From NCBI RefSeq assembly GCF_004010195.1, contig NC_057723.1, forward strand, positions 40,537,562 through 40,601,561: a stretch of DNA of 64,000 nt, in the 5' to 3' direction. Origin of the DNA: Chiloscyllium plagiosum. Taxonomy: Eukaryota. Positions 38,391 to 51,519 of this stretch are shown piece after piece. Below the pieces are notes generated by a model. It was not told where the DNA came from. It worked only from the letters and a program-made list of their open reading frames with translations, and made no database searches. A program made the position numbers and the translations under genes. Every line of letters begins with the position of its first letter. Within the stretch, counting starts at the first letter, position 1.

Positions 38391-40379
38391 ATAAAATTAA
38401 TTCTAAAAGCACTCTTATGTATTTCTAACTCTCAAATATTGTTTTGAATGTTATGTGTATTCCCATTTTCAATGACAGAATGGTGCATTCTCTTTCCCAG
38501 GACTGGCAGGAGATCATGACAAAAGACCCTGCCATGCTGGTCCAAGGTTGTTACCTGGGTCAAGCTAGTCGCCACAGTCTGGGGATATGCAGAAGTCAAT
38601 GGGCCTCACAAGGGTAAGTGCTATAAACTCTCCTATCTCACACTCACTCTTTCTCTGCTACTACATCAACCACCCACCATACCCATGGACTTCTCTCATT
38701 TGCTTCACCCTAACCCCCAAACCACTAACCCTGTAGAGCCTCAGTGCTGTCTACTCATTCAGTTGAGACACCTCATGATCCATACTAACACTAACAGCAG
38801 TGTAACCCATTTTTATCTCACTCAATCCCCTATTTGTCTAATTTCAGGGGAAAATAGCTCATAAGAAGGCAAAGAGAGCCAAGACAGGTAGTAGGGCACT
38901 TGACGTTAGGCTCCTCATTCCCCACAAAGGGAGAATCCTGTCACATACTGGCAATGACTGAGACTGCTCCTATGAAGGCACCAAAACCTCCACGTCCTGG
39001 CAGCCAAGTAGGAAGCATTGCCCATCCTGTTCTGCTCTCCCAGTACCACACTGTGAATGTATTTCTAATATGCCTACACTTCCACCTTTTGTTCAAGATG
39101 CACCCTCTTTTTGTCTCCTGCAGGTGTGAGTGGAATCAGCAAAGTCTTAGAGCCAAGGAGTTGGTTCCAGAAGCACCTATTCCTCCAATTCTGAGGAACA
39201 TGGGCATATCAGAGGATGCACCAGCAAGACTACCACCTGCACTATCCAGCAACTGAGATACTGAAACGTCAGTGGATACTTTAGCTAAATTAAGAGTTGG
39301 GAATAGATGTTTGTAAGCACATCATTGCCATGTCTCTGCAGCGAGTCAAGAAAGCACCATTCTGGGTCACAGGCATTCAGAAGATACAGGAGACAAGGCA
39401 CCTACACATCCCCGCAGGAGAATACTTCATGTTGTTGGCAGTGAACAGTTTCAATCGAATGCACAGGCAGACACACAGGAGCAGTAGGTAGGGTTGTTGG
39501 AAGAACTGGACAACCTGACATAAAGGTTGCAAGGCTGCATCAATACCCATTTGGACCATGATGCCTCAAGCATGTGAACTTCTGGCTGCCTCCAGGAACA
39601 GGTTGGAGGTTACCACAGAGACCCAGGCCCAGCGCTGACAGAGCCTGCTGAATATATGCACAGATCTACACTCCAGCACAGCAGTACAAGGGACCATGAC
39701 CTGTTTTCAGGTACCCCTCCCTGACAAGGAGATATGGTACTGGAAGTAAGCAACCAGGCAGAAAATTAACCACATACAAGTTCCCCTGAAGTCTCCTCTC
39801 AAGACACTCCTGAAGTGGCCAGAGCTTCTATCTCCACCCTGCCTGCTCTCCTCTGCTCTGTGGGAGTTCAAACTGAAGAGGGTGCTCCTATCCCTGCACA
39901 GGACTTGCTCAGTACTTTAGGGTTCTCTAATGGCAAACATACTTGAGTGGCCTGACCAAAACTTCAAGTCTTATGGGCTCCACTGTAGGGTACTCTACCT
40001 GAACCCCAGCTACAGACTCCAAGATTGTATCAAATGCTACAGGGAGGGAACGAACAAAGACAAGCTTATCAGGGTACATATGTCACACAGACGACATGTC
40101 ATTGTAAATTAATTGTCAAAAAGATTAATAAATATTCATTTTTTTTATCATTAGCTCTATGAGCAAATGTCTTTCCAGCTTCAACTACAAGAATGAAGGT
40201 ACAGAGGTTAGCCATCCTTGGTGCTACACGAGATTTTATAGTGCAAGAAATGAAGTGAGCAAATCCTGCACCATGTGCTTGCTATGGGAACATAGAAGGT
40301 GCTTGCTACTTTGACAATATCACTACATCACAATACATTGTGCATCAGTCCTCAGTCACATTGATTCCTGCTTGATGTG

Positions 40380-40592
40380 ATGGAAATGTGTTGCTGGAAA
40401 AGTGCAGCAGGTCAGGCAGCATCTAGGGAACAGGAAAATCGACGTTTCGGGCATTAGCCCTTCTTCCTGAAGAAGGGCTAATGCCCGAAACGTCGATTCT
40501 CCTGTTCCCTAGATGCTGCCTGACCTGCTGCGCTTTTCCAGCAACACATTTCCATCTCTGATCTCCAGCATCTGCAGACCTCACTTTCTCCT
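40380..40592. mobile_element. Young PLE pLTR fold-back (family A) with 14-bp TSD and intact hammerhead core
   Basis: Near-perfect arms of about 86 bp meet at CCCTTCTTC|CTGAAGAAGGGCTAATGCCCGAAACGTC. TCCTGCTTGATGTG lies at 40366-40379 and 40589-40602. Confidence 0.9.
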
Positions 40593-40845
40593 GCTTGATG
40601 TGGTCAAGAGAGCTTGGATCCAGGATTTGGACTCCACTCTGTAAGTTTCAATGTAAAATTCACACAGCATCTAACACTCACAGGTGTCTTACACCTTTAG
40701 TATATGCATGCCTGTCAAATACTAGTGGTCTCACATCAATCAAAACCCGCTTACTCACAGAACAAAAAACACATCCTATCCACCAAGTATGTAGAGACAG
40801 CCTGTTTCAGCCCCATTGCACACTTACTATGTACAGCTTGATGGA

Positions 40846-41590
40846 AGGAAGCAGCCTGAGGTTAGCTATCTGGGTCCAGTGCAACCAGTCGGGTAAGTTG
40901 CAGGAAGTTAATTGTGCAGTTGCACAGAGACCTTTATCATTCAGGGCTGTCTGTCTAAGTTGGTCAAGGGGTGGGTCACAGTCATTCCTGGGGACTGAAA
41001 GTCAATGGGAGGGAAGCTTGGGAACTCATTGCTCCTTCTGCAATGAGTCTCAGGATCAGTCTCTTACCTTTGCCGTACCCCAAATGTACACTGTCCCTTC
41101 TCAGTAGCCCTCCCTGTCTACCCCACTGGTTTTGAACGTCCAAGTTCCCACCCAGTCTATGTTTTCATCTCCACACTTTACAATTCCAGTCCCAGGCAGA
41201 TCAGATCAGGATTAGTGTATTAGCCTATGGCATGCCTGCTGCCCCCAGACCCTCAAATGAAATCAGGATAGTCACTGACTGCTGTTTAACCATCCCCTCC
41301 CATGTTCCCTCTTTCCCTGCAATCGTCTATCATCTTCTCAGCTGGATAGAATTGGTCTCCCCTCTGCATCCCAGCATGCTGCCTCTAATCCCCAGAACCT
41401 CCTGCAGCAGTAGCCACCGATAACCACCCCTTGACTTTCAGTCCCCAGGAATGACTGTGATCCACCCCTTGACCAACTTAGACAGGCAGCCCTGAATGAT
41501 AAGGATCTCTGTACAACTGCACAACTAACTTCCTGCAACTTACCAGACTGGTTGCACTGGATTCAGATAGCTAACCTCAGGCTACTCCCT
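40846..41590. repeat. Long inverted repeat (arms about 160 bp, spacer about 420 bp), MITE-like
   Basis: 40846-41009 is the reverse complement of about 41426-41590 with scattered mismatches. Both arms give the ORF text QEV.CAV.QR.LSFRA.CLSWSRGGSQSFLGTESQ. Confidence 0.85.
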
Positions 41591-43389
41591 AGAGTGTTGG
41601 GGCACAAAGGTGTCAGGAACCTCTGACTGAAGGGCATCTCCCTTCACTTGACTGAGGCTGCTCTCCTTAAAATTTGAGACTTGGTCGAAAGACTTGCCGT
41701 GTGATTGTCATGAGTGTGGCTGGCATACGGTGCAGCTGTGAGACTGACATAGCACAGTGCCATGAAGGAACTTGTCTGTTTCCCTGACTAATCACTGCTG
41801 ACAACTATGACACATTGCCTGGCTTTGTGTCTGCACTAAAAAAAAATTCAAGATATAAGTATTGTAAGCATTTAAGCTCGAAATGAGAGGACAAAGCTAG
41901 GCAGGAATGCCTTGAGCATCGAAGTAGGCACAAATTGAGTGCTAAGAGAGCAGCTGAGAAACCCCAAGATACAGCCTAGTCGAATTCGTGAGACAGGTGC
42001 CAGTCACTGTGTGCATTTTGTGTTTGGCAGCAGCGTTCCAATGCCAGGGGCCGGTGCACCCCAAAGTGTACCACTGAAGTATGGAAGCGTACTGTAAGTG
42101 GATCGGAGGTATTTCATGATGATGCATTGAGGCTGGTAAATGTCTGATGCCAACCTCCGTGAAAGGAAGATGTGGGCAATCGATGCATGTCCTGAGATGT
42201 TGGGGCCTGGTGTCTGAAGGTAAAGATGAAGGTTTGGAGGAGCGAGCTACAGTCATCAAGTACTCACTGTGACTTTCATGTCAGGAGCTGTCACTGTCTT
42301 CTATCCAACAGGTGGGAGAATGAGAAACTTCATATTAATGATTTAAGATTAAGTCATAAAGGCATGCTAATTAGCAGGCATTTTGTCTCACTGAACAACA
42401 CTTGGTTGAAAAATGGGACATTTTGCTCTTAATGTCAAAAAGGTCCTCACTGGCCATCTCACATGATTTGACCAACTTTCTCACCATGGCTCACGTCATT
42501 CAGGGACTGCAAAGATTCAGCTCATGTATGACAAAATGTCTTACTTTCTCATACAACAGAAATGTTAGCATTTTATCTATTAGCATCTATTGTGTGATTG
42601 TTCCAGTCTTAGACTCAAGTTTACACAAAGGCAAAATGCAATTACAATGTTTCGTTCCTTCCTATATATTGATCACAGAGACAAAGCAACAGATCGTGCT
42701 GCACAGTGACCTCTGCAGGCAGTTGCATGGAAAGTACATTGGATTCCTTCTATCAAAAAAAATCACTGATTCTCTTCTCCAGATAATGAGAAATGCTGCA
42801 ACTGCACATGCTAAGAACAAGACAGGGTACATATACTCCATAGGATTAATACATACCAATTCAGCCAGCTCCGCTTATGTTTAATTCATATTTTGTAACC
42901 AATTCTTCATTGAAGTTTCCTAAGCTGTAAGAAAAACAGAACCACATGCATCACATCTACATAAAACTAACTACTAAAGTGTTTATAAGAAAAAATTAAT
43001 TACACTCCAAAATATGTTCCTCCCTTGATAGCAGATAAAATATCCACTACAGAGGGAAAGATGAAGTTCCAACCATTCCCCAATACTATTTTTCAGATCT
43101 CCTGTGCGAAAATGAATTTCCCCATTGTGCTTTTTTCTTTCCAATGGCATTTCCAGTTAGAATAGATGCTTAAAAAGAAATATCATTTTCTGGGCAGAAG
43201 AAGAAAAACCATCACTTAACCCTCCCTTACAAAACGTAGGACATAAACTGGCTTTACTATACTAGCATCTAAATTGTAACTTTTAAACTTGATCACTTTT
43301 TTGTCCCTGAAGTTAAATGAGTCAAGGCAAAAGAAAACATACTCAGGCATGGATTTGTACACAACATAAATTAGAATAAAAATGGTGTC

Positions 43390-44110
43390 AGTAACAACTT
43401 ATATTTATAAAGAATGTAAAATGTAGTAAAACATTCCAATATGCTTCACAACATTACTATTCACAATTTGTCATTGGGCCTTAAGGAAATATGAGGTCAG
43501 CATTACATTCAAGGAGTATCTGGAAGGAGGAAAGGGAGGAAGAAAAGCAGGAAAGTTTGTGGGAAATTCCAAAGCTTGGGGCCCTAATGACTTTAGGAAA
43601 AACTATTAATAGTGGGACCTTTAAAATTGGGGATGCTGATGAGGACAGAATTTGGGAAAGACAGACTGCAGGGGTAAGGATAAGTGAGGCCACCACAGAG
43701 TTTGAAAATAAGGATAAAAAGTTTAAACTCAATATGTTGTTTAACTGGAAGTCAACGTGGATCAGTCAGCAGAAGAATGACGGACGAAGAGGATTTAATG
43801 AGAGACAGGACATTGACAGTAGAGTTTGAGGTGACATCAAATTTACAGAGAATGGAATGTAATAACCTGGCCATGGGTGCGTTGGAATAGGCAGGTCTAG
43901 AGGTAATTAAACTATGGCTGAGAGTTTTAACAGATGAGCTGAGAAAGGGCAAAAGTCTGATGATAGTATGGAATGATAATACATGTGGTTGGAAAGCTCA
44001 TCTCAAGATCAAATATCAAGTAATCAAGGTTACACACAGTTTAGTTCAGACATAGACAATTGCCAAGAAAAGGAATGTAATCACTAACTGGAATGGAAAT
44101 TGTGATGGGG
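43390..44110 (-). mobile_element. Degraded L2 LINE 3' region
   Basis: Minus-strand VKTLSHSLITSRPAYSNA resembles the L2 motif L.HAF.TSRLDYSNA. Confidence 0.65.
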
Positions 44111-46049
44111 ACATTTTTTTTAATTCATTCATGGAAACTGTGTGGTGCTGGATGGCCAGCATTTATTGCCCATCCCCATTTGCCCTTGAGAAGGTGGTAG
44201 TGAACTGCCTTGTTGAATTACTTACTCAATGTTCTGAAGGTAAACCCACAATGCTGTTAAGGAGAGAATTCTAGGATTCTGGCCCAGTGACACTGAAGGG
44301 ACTGCGATATATTTCCAAGTCAGGACAGTGAATGGCATGGAGGGAAACTTGTAGGTGGCAGTGTTTCCTGTATTAGCCACAATACTGACTCCAATATTTT
44401 GTTGAAGGAAATTTCTGCTCATCTAGTACTAGATGTCAGACAAGCTTGTTCTATACCCTGTATTTAGAAACAATGGAGAGGCCAACAGAGCATTGACACA
44501 AGTCTGAGTGATATCTATATATGAATCAAACGCTGTTTCAGATCATCTTGCAATGTAGCATGTAGATAAAACATAGGTGAGAATCAGGACATATGCTTGG
44601 GAGACTTGAGACACAATAGTGTAGTTAGGCAACATCTGCAAAGGGAGGATATGAATTAACATCTTCAGATCAATAATCCTTTCACCCCAAATGCTGCCAC
44701 TACAGGTGAATCATTGCCTACTTCTTCCATTGCCATTTTTGCTGTGTAAAGGGCATTTTACAATAATGGAAAATTACCGATGCTTTTCCTGGCTAGTTCT
44801 TGCTAAATAGTTGCTTTTGATTGATTTCCTTTCCTTTCAGTAAAAGAAGACACTGAATGATATATCAAAACTGAAGAATTGTTTTAGCAGTGGAATCTAT
44901 GTGGTGCATGGATACATTCTATTTTTTTCTAATGCTTGCATTAGGAGTCATTACAGTCTGAATTTGCTTTATTTTACTGTTGGTCAATATATGTTACTTC
45001 CTGGCCAAAGTGTATGATTATTGTGTCTATTTTAGTTACTTGAATGAATTTTAGTGCAACATTCCTTGCATGTAAAGTAAACAAATGTACATTAGGTGCA
45101 TTTTTAATTAATCACCACCATCATCAGGCAGAGTGAAACTATGAAAACTTCAGCAAAGTTTGAAATTCTGTCATGAACTTATCAAATAAAATATATCAAA
45201 TGATTAAAAGGTCAATGCCCTATAACAGCAGACTAGATTTTCACTGAGACCAACTGATTTAGAACCTCAAAATCATGTATGGGTTCAAATTCTGGGATTC
45301 CCGACCCCATTCCGGGCTTTTCTCATTTTCACCTTTGGAGGTTGTGTTTGAGTTGCCAGATTGCACCCCGCACTCCCAGCATGGCGGGCTCCATTATGGA
45401 AATTGCCTCATTCTTTGCAGGTTTCATGGAGTCAGGCCACCTTTTCAAACCTAGTCTGGGGTTTTGAAAGTTATGACCCCAGTTCCAAGCTTCCCCATCC
45501 ACTCCCTGCTGTGGTCACTCATATGTCCGTACAAGCAATGATACTTCCATTGCCTCTTGGTTGACAGACCAAAAATCCATTAATCTTTCATAATACTAAA
45601 CTCAAGATAAACATTGCTTGATTGACAGATTTGACTCAGTGACCTCTTGTGTCAATTGCATAACATTGATATATACAAGACAGAGACGTTCCAAGTGCTT
45701 TCAGTATCAGCTACTGACACTTTAAACAGACTAGAATACTGACACTTTTATTCAATGGAGGAAAAAAGAGTTTTGTTTTTAAAAGAGTGTTACTCAAACT
45801 TTTCATAGCATAACTCTGACTCATTGCCTCAGACTGTGTGTAACACCAGAATGAAAATGTTTGAGTAATGAGCATTGTTGAGCAGGAAGAAAGCATCAGC
45901 AGTGGTCGAGGAGTGAAGCTTCAACTGGCAGGCTGCAGGGGCCATAGTGCATGACTGGGATGGGGAACAGGAATTGGTAACGAGGGAGTAATGGGTGGGT
46001 GAGAAAGTTAATGAAAAGGCAGGCTTTCTGAAATGAAGACCTAGATTTG

Positions 46050-47550
46050 TGTTATCAAAGGAACATTGGTGAGTTACTACAGTGCATCTTATATATTGTA
46101 CACACTTTTTACCACTGAGTGTCAGTGGTAAAGGGAATCAATGTGGCAAGTATTGGTTAAGGTTCAAATCAAATGGACTACTTTGTGTTGGATGGTGTTG
46201 GGCTTCATGTGACTTGTAGGAGCTGTGCCCATCGAGGTGGGAGAAGAGTTTTCCATTAGGTTCCTGACTTGTGCCTTGTAGTCAATAGGCAGACATTGGG
46301 GAGACAGGAGGTGAGTTGCTTATTGGGGAATTCCTGGCCTCTGAGCTTCTCGTGTAACCAAGTATGGCTGGTTCAGTCCAAACTCTGGAGAACGGTAACC
46401 CCAGGGTGTTGATAGTGGGGGATTCAGCAATGGTAATGCCATTGAATGTCAGGAAAACATCATAGAAAACAATCACAAAGTATTGGGTAATGGTTAGATT
46501 GTTTCTTATTTGAGATGGTCATTGCCTGGACTTGTGCTGAATAAATATTACTTATCACTTTTCAGCTCAAGCCTGGATTTGTCCACCTCTTGCTGTTCAT
46601 GGAATCAGATGCTTCAGGTCCATTCAGTATCAGGTGCTTCATGAATCATGAATGGCGTTGAACACTTTGGAATCATCAGCAAACATCTCCACTTCTAACC
46701 TTACATTAGAGGGAAGGCCATTGATGAAGCAGCTGATGATGATTGGGCCTGTGCCATTACCCTGAAGATTGCCTGCCTAAAGTCCAGGGACTGAGCTGAT
46801 GGACATCCAACAATCACAACCATCTTCCTTTGTACTAGGTATGTCTCCAAGCAGAAGCACAGTCCCCTAATATTTCCTTTGACTCCAGTTTTTCTAGAGC
46901 TCCTTGATGCTAAATGCTACTTAGACTTCAGGGACAGTCACTCTCACCTCATCTTTGGAATTCAACTCTTCTGTCTATGTTTTGAAAAATACTATATGAA
47001 GGTCAGGTGCTGAATGGCCCTGGAACAATCCAAACTGAGTGTCATGTTTTTGATGCCATTGTTCTTTCACATGGAAATGGTTGTGGGTTTGGAAGGTGTT
47101 GTCTAAGGATCTTTAGTAAATTTCTGTAGTATATGTTGTGGATGGTATCCACTGCTGCTGCTGGTAGAGGGAGGGATGTTTGTGGATGTGGTGTCAACCA
47201 AGCTGGCTGCTTTGTCCTGGACGGAGTCAAGCTTCTGGAGTGTGTTGGAGATATACTCATCCAGGCAAGTGGGAAGAGTTCCATCACACTCCTGACTTGT
47301 GCCTTGTAAATGGTCAGTATGATTTGGGGAGTCAGGAGGCGAATTAATCTGACCTGCTGTTATGGTCACAGTATTTATATGGGTTATTGGTGGTCACTGG
47401 TCAATCATAACCCACAGGATATTGAGATTGGAAATTTCAGTGACCCCAGTACTGTTGAACATCAAGTGCTGGTGGTTTCTGGATTCTCTTTTGTTAGAGA
47501 TGGCCATTGCCTGACACTTACCTGATATGAATATAAATCTCCATGTGTCA
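46050..47550 (-). mobile_element. Two overlapping degraded fragments of one LINE family
   Basis: CCTGACTTGTGCCTTGTA occurs in both pieces (near 46263 and 47291). Remnants include MMELFPLAWMS and ITIAESPTINTLG. Confidence 0.7.
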
Positions 47551-48390
47551 GCCTAAGCCACATGAAAAATATAGAATGTAGCATTCCCATTGATAACAAT
47601 TTGTTATTCGCCATACTTCAATTTTTTTCAGGTAGAATTTGTTTGGGTTTTTTTTACATTTAGCTTAATCAAGATGCAAAGGAAATTTACAGGGAGACTC
47701 AGGTCTGAAAAGAAGCTAATAAGAAAGTTTAAAAATCAAGTAGGAATTAATCAGTGACTTTGAATTTGACTTCCTCCAAAATCGACTTGTGGTTTCCAAC
47801 CTCACAAAATTAACTCCACAAGAATCGGTTCCATAAACTAAAGTGTAACAAATGAGAAAACAGCCTATTAAATCTTGAATAGACATTATTTTACATCTAT
47901 GCATCATAAATTTGTTTTATCTTATTCATGCAGATATGGCTAATAATACGTAATTAACATTAATTTCCAAAATAAAAGAAAAATATCCCGGAAAATACAT
48001 TTCAAGCATACCCAGAATGTTAAAGGTAGTTGACAGTTTTTAATGTCCAAATATTCCTACTTTACTACAACATCCAAAATTAATTCAAGGTCCAAAATGT
48101 TACTCTCACCATTGGCTTAACAGTTCCATAGAGGTTACTTTATGCTGCCTGCCAATAACTCCCAACAATGACACAGGCCAGGTCCTGTATAACAAAGAGT
48201 TGAGAAGCAGTAATGTGCTGGAAAACTGGAGTAATCTGGGACAGAAAGGTAAACTAACAATATAGTATTCAGAATAACAAGTTACTTTTACTCAAAATTC
48301 CTCAGAACTTAATTTTGACAAACAGTTTGTGAATCTACTTTATTGTATTGTTCTGGAACAGATCAAACCTCCTCAAAATATTCAGAAGAT

Positions 48391-48958
48391 AGTCTATACG
48401 CTAACCTTTTTCTTATTTTAAAGGTAAATGTAAGGTGTTGCATTCCAGTTGCAATCTGATTAGTCAAACTGCCGAATTTAAAGCAAAACACTTCATTCAT
48501 CCATTGTAGTTAAAATGCAGCAAAATAAAGAAGGAATTGGAATAACTTAACTCTATTGGAAAACTTAACAGAATAATGAGTAGCTGTTACTAATTTACTG
48601 TCCCAATATAGTAACATCTCCTAAAACACAAACTTGGAAAAAGGCAAATTCAGAACAAACATTGCCTCTCATGCAACTCCCAAAGCAAGTAGAGCACACC
48701 CAGCTTTTGGTGATAATCAAGAGAGGGAGAAAAAATAATTTCCATTTCTTCAACACAACTGCTGAAAGCTAAACTAAAGATCCTGGTTGTGTGGGAATTT
48801 AATCACATCTATTCAGGCTGCTTCTTTTGTTCCAATCAAACACCTGAGGCTTCACAAGTTGTTTACCTTCTCATTGACTGCTCGTAACCTGTTCCCCAAT
48901 CTCTCTCTAAAAGAAACCAGGACAAAGCATAGCTCTTAAAGCCACAGTATCATCGTAG
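48391..48958 (-). mobile_element. Possible decayed solo LTR
   Basis: Length and composition are similar to the 13041 element. The termini are decayed and there is no TSD. Confidence 0.35.
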
Positions 48959-49001
48959 TATTACTGTATTTATTGATCCCTCTCAGCTATCATCTTACAA
49001 T

Positions 49002-49165
49002 CAAGAGTGTGGTGCTAGAAAAGCACAGCAGATCAGGCAGTACCTGAGCAGCAGGAATATCGAGGTTTCGGCCAAAAGTCCTTCATCGGAATGATTCCTG
49101 CTGTGCTTTTCCAGCACCACACTCCTGGCTCTAATCTCCAGCATCTGCAGTACTCACTTTTCCCA
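49002..49165. mobile_element. PLE pLTR fold-back (family A), partly deleted, possible 7-bp TSD
   Basis: Arms GAGTGTGGTGCTAGAAAAGCACAGCAG / CTGCTGTGCTTTTCCAGCACCACACTC. TTACAAT lies at 48995-49001 and 49171-49177. Confidence 0.75.
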
Positions 49166-50595
49166 ACACATTACAATGTACATCCTAGATATCTGTACTT
49201 ATGTCTCATGAACGATCGCCAAAATAGGAAACAGACTCAAGCTAATCATCTTTCATTGTCGCAAGTTCTTAGCATTGCAATACTTTTATTATTTAGTGCA
49301 CACAAACAACTGGATGGAATCAATCTACTCTAAATACATAAATATATTATATAACTCTTTATGTGTTAACTCATTTCTTACAAAAACAAATACCATGATA
49401 TTTTTTAGAACTTTAAAAAATAATCCCCAGTGTTGTGCTAACACCCACAAAGACCAGAATGAAATACTGTTAGGAGACAAGATAAACAGAGCAACCAAAA
49501 ACAATTCCTAGACAGGGTTTACTAGTTGTTTTGTGGACAAATTAATAAAGGTAGCATAGACTGCATAGCAAGGCTAAATATTTTGAAAGACATAGCAGGC
49601 TGAACTCATTGGTGAAAGATTTGATGAAAAGAAAGAACTGATATAATTTAGGGTTAGATTAGAAAATATCCCAAAATGTTAATCATAATAACACAATGAA
49701 TGCAGTACATATGAAGAAATTTAGATAACAAACTCTCTTGACTATTAGAGTGTGATAGTTAAGCAGACTGATTAATCAGATGTTTTCACTTCTTAAACTT
49801 TTTATTCTAATAGCAATGTTTGTCACCAGTATACAAAATATTTTCCTGTTATGAAGCATACAAATGAAACAATCATAATTATTGTTCAGTTAGAAATGTA
49901 CAACATAAAGCAATGTTTTACTAAACTTGAAGGTTCCTCAGTCACACCATCCACAGGAACTTCAAACTGACTATTCTATGATAAAGAGTCACACACCATA
50001 ATATTGTCATCATTTTTATGCTGGTCATTGTTGTTTAAACTATTAATATCAAAAGTATTTTGATCAATTTTATATTTAGGTTACCATTGGATATATAATT
50101 TCATGATCTCCAAATTTAACATGTTTTACAACTAAGATCGACCCAAAAATTACCAGCACACAAAAAGGAATTATGCTTCATAATTTGAAAGGAAATACAT
50201 GTTTTACTTTATGATATGCTATATGTCATGATGAACTAAAGACATACTAAACAACTTCAAGAATTTTTCATGCCATTAGGTTTTTCCAAATGAAATATAA
50301 CATGACATCTTATGGACAGTGCACAGTACAACTTATTAATTGTTTGACATAAAAAGGCCAAAAGTATTCAAAGTATTCTTCCGTAATTACACCGGCACCA
50401 CTCCCCACCTCTTCCTCCGCTACATTGATGGCTGCATTGGCGCCACCTCGTGCTCCCGCGAGGAGGTTGAGCAATTCATCAACTTCACCAACACATTCCA
50501 CCCTGACCTTAAATTTAACTGGACCATCTCTGACACCTCCCTCCCCCTCCTGGACCTCTCCATCTCCATCAGTGACGACAGACTTGACACTGACA

Positions 50596-51298
50596 NNNNN
50601 NNNNNNNNNNNNNNNNNNNNNNNNNNNNNNNNNNNNNNNNNNNNNNNNNNNNNNNNNNNNNNNNNNNNNNNNNNNNNNNNNNNNNNNNNNNNNNNNNNNN
50701 NNNNNNNNNNNNNNNNNNNNNNNNNNNNNNNNNNNNNNNNNNNNNNNNNNNNNNNNNNNNNNNNNNNNNNNNNNNNNNNNNNNNNNNNNNNNNNNNNNNN
50801 NNNNNNNNNNNNNNNNNNNNNNNNNNNNNNNNNNNNNNNNNNNNNNNNNNNNNNNNNNNNNNNNNNNNNNNNNNNNNNNNNNNNNNNNNNNNNNNNNNNN
50901 NNNNNNNNNNNNNNNNNNNNNNNNNNNNNNNNNNNNNNNNNNNNNNNNNNNNNNNNNNNNNNNNNNNNNNNNNNNNNNNNNNNNNNNNNNNNNNNNNNNN
51001 NNNNNNNNNNNNNNNNNNNNNNNNNNNNNNNNNNNNNNNNNNNNNNNNNNNNNNNNNNNNNNNNNNNNNNNNNNNNNNNNNNNNNNNNNNNNNNNNNNNN
51101 NNNNNNNNNNNNNNNNNNNNNNNNNNNNNNNNNNNNNNNNNNNNNNNNNNNNNNNNNNNNNNNNNNNNNNNNNNNNNNNNNNNNNNNNNNNNNNNNNNNN
51201 NNNNNNNNNNNNNNNNNNNNNNNNNNNNNNNNNNNNNNNNNNNNNNNNNNNNNNNNNNNNNNNNNNNNNNNNNNNNNNNNNNNNNNNNNNNNNNNNNN
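50596..51298. other. Assembly gap (703 N)
   Basis: Run of N inside a young PLE. Confidence 1.
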
Positions 51299-51483
51299 TC
51301 CCCTTGACTTGTCCGGACTTGTCCGACCTGCCCAGCTCCTTTTCCACCTATCCACTCCACCCTCTCCTCCCTGACCTATCACCTTCATCTCCTCCCCCAC
51401 TGACCTATTGTACTCTATGCTACTCTATCCCCACCCCCACCCTCCTCTAGCTTATTTCTCCACGCTTCAGGCTCTCTGCCTTT

Positions 51484-51519
51484 ATTCCTGATGAAGGGCT
51501 TTTGCCCGAAACGTCGATT
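51484..51519 (+). ncRNA. Minimal type I hammerhead ribozyme motif (PLE pLTR)
   Basis: ATTC-CTGATGA-A-GGGC-TTTT-GCCC-GAAA-CGTC-GATT has the conserved core, a 4-bp stem II and palindromic ACGT in place of stem III. Confidence 0.75.

Larger units (their letters stand above)
38480..42523. mobile_element. Decayed PIF/Harbinger-type DNA transposon (Myb/SANT-like ORF with introns on +; possible transposase relic on -)
   Basis: After the acceptor ATTTCAG at 38847 the frame reads GKIAHKKAKRAKTGSRALDVRLLIP, which resembles the K-x-AHN...KTGGG block of Harbinger Myb-like/NAIF1 proteins. An upstream exon 38501-38613 ends AGG|GTAAGT, and a TIR-like AAGATTCAGCTC lies near 42520. Confidence 0.5.

Noticed and set aside
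50310-51450. Five long ORFs of 263-345 aa
   Set aside because: They read through the 703-N gap. Only the + frame PLE RT piece before the gap is real.
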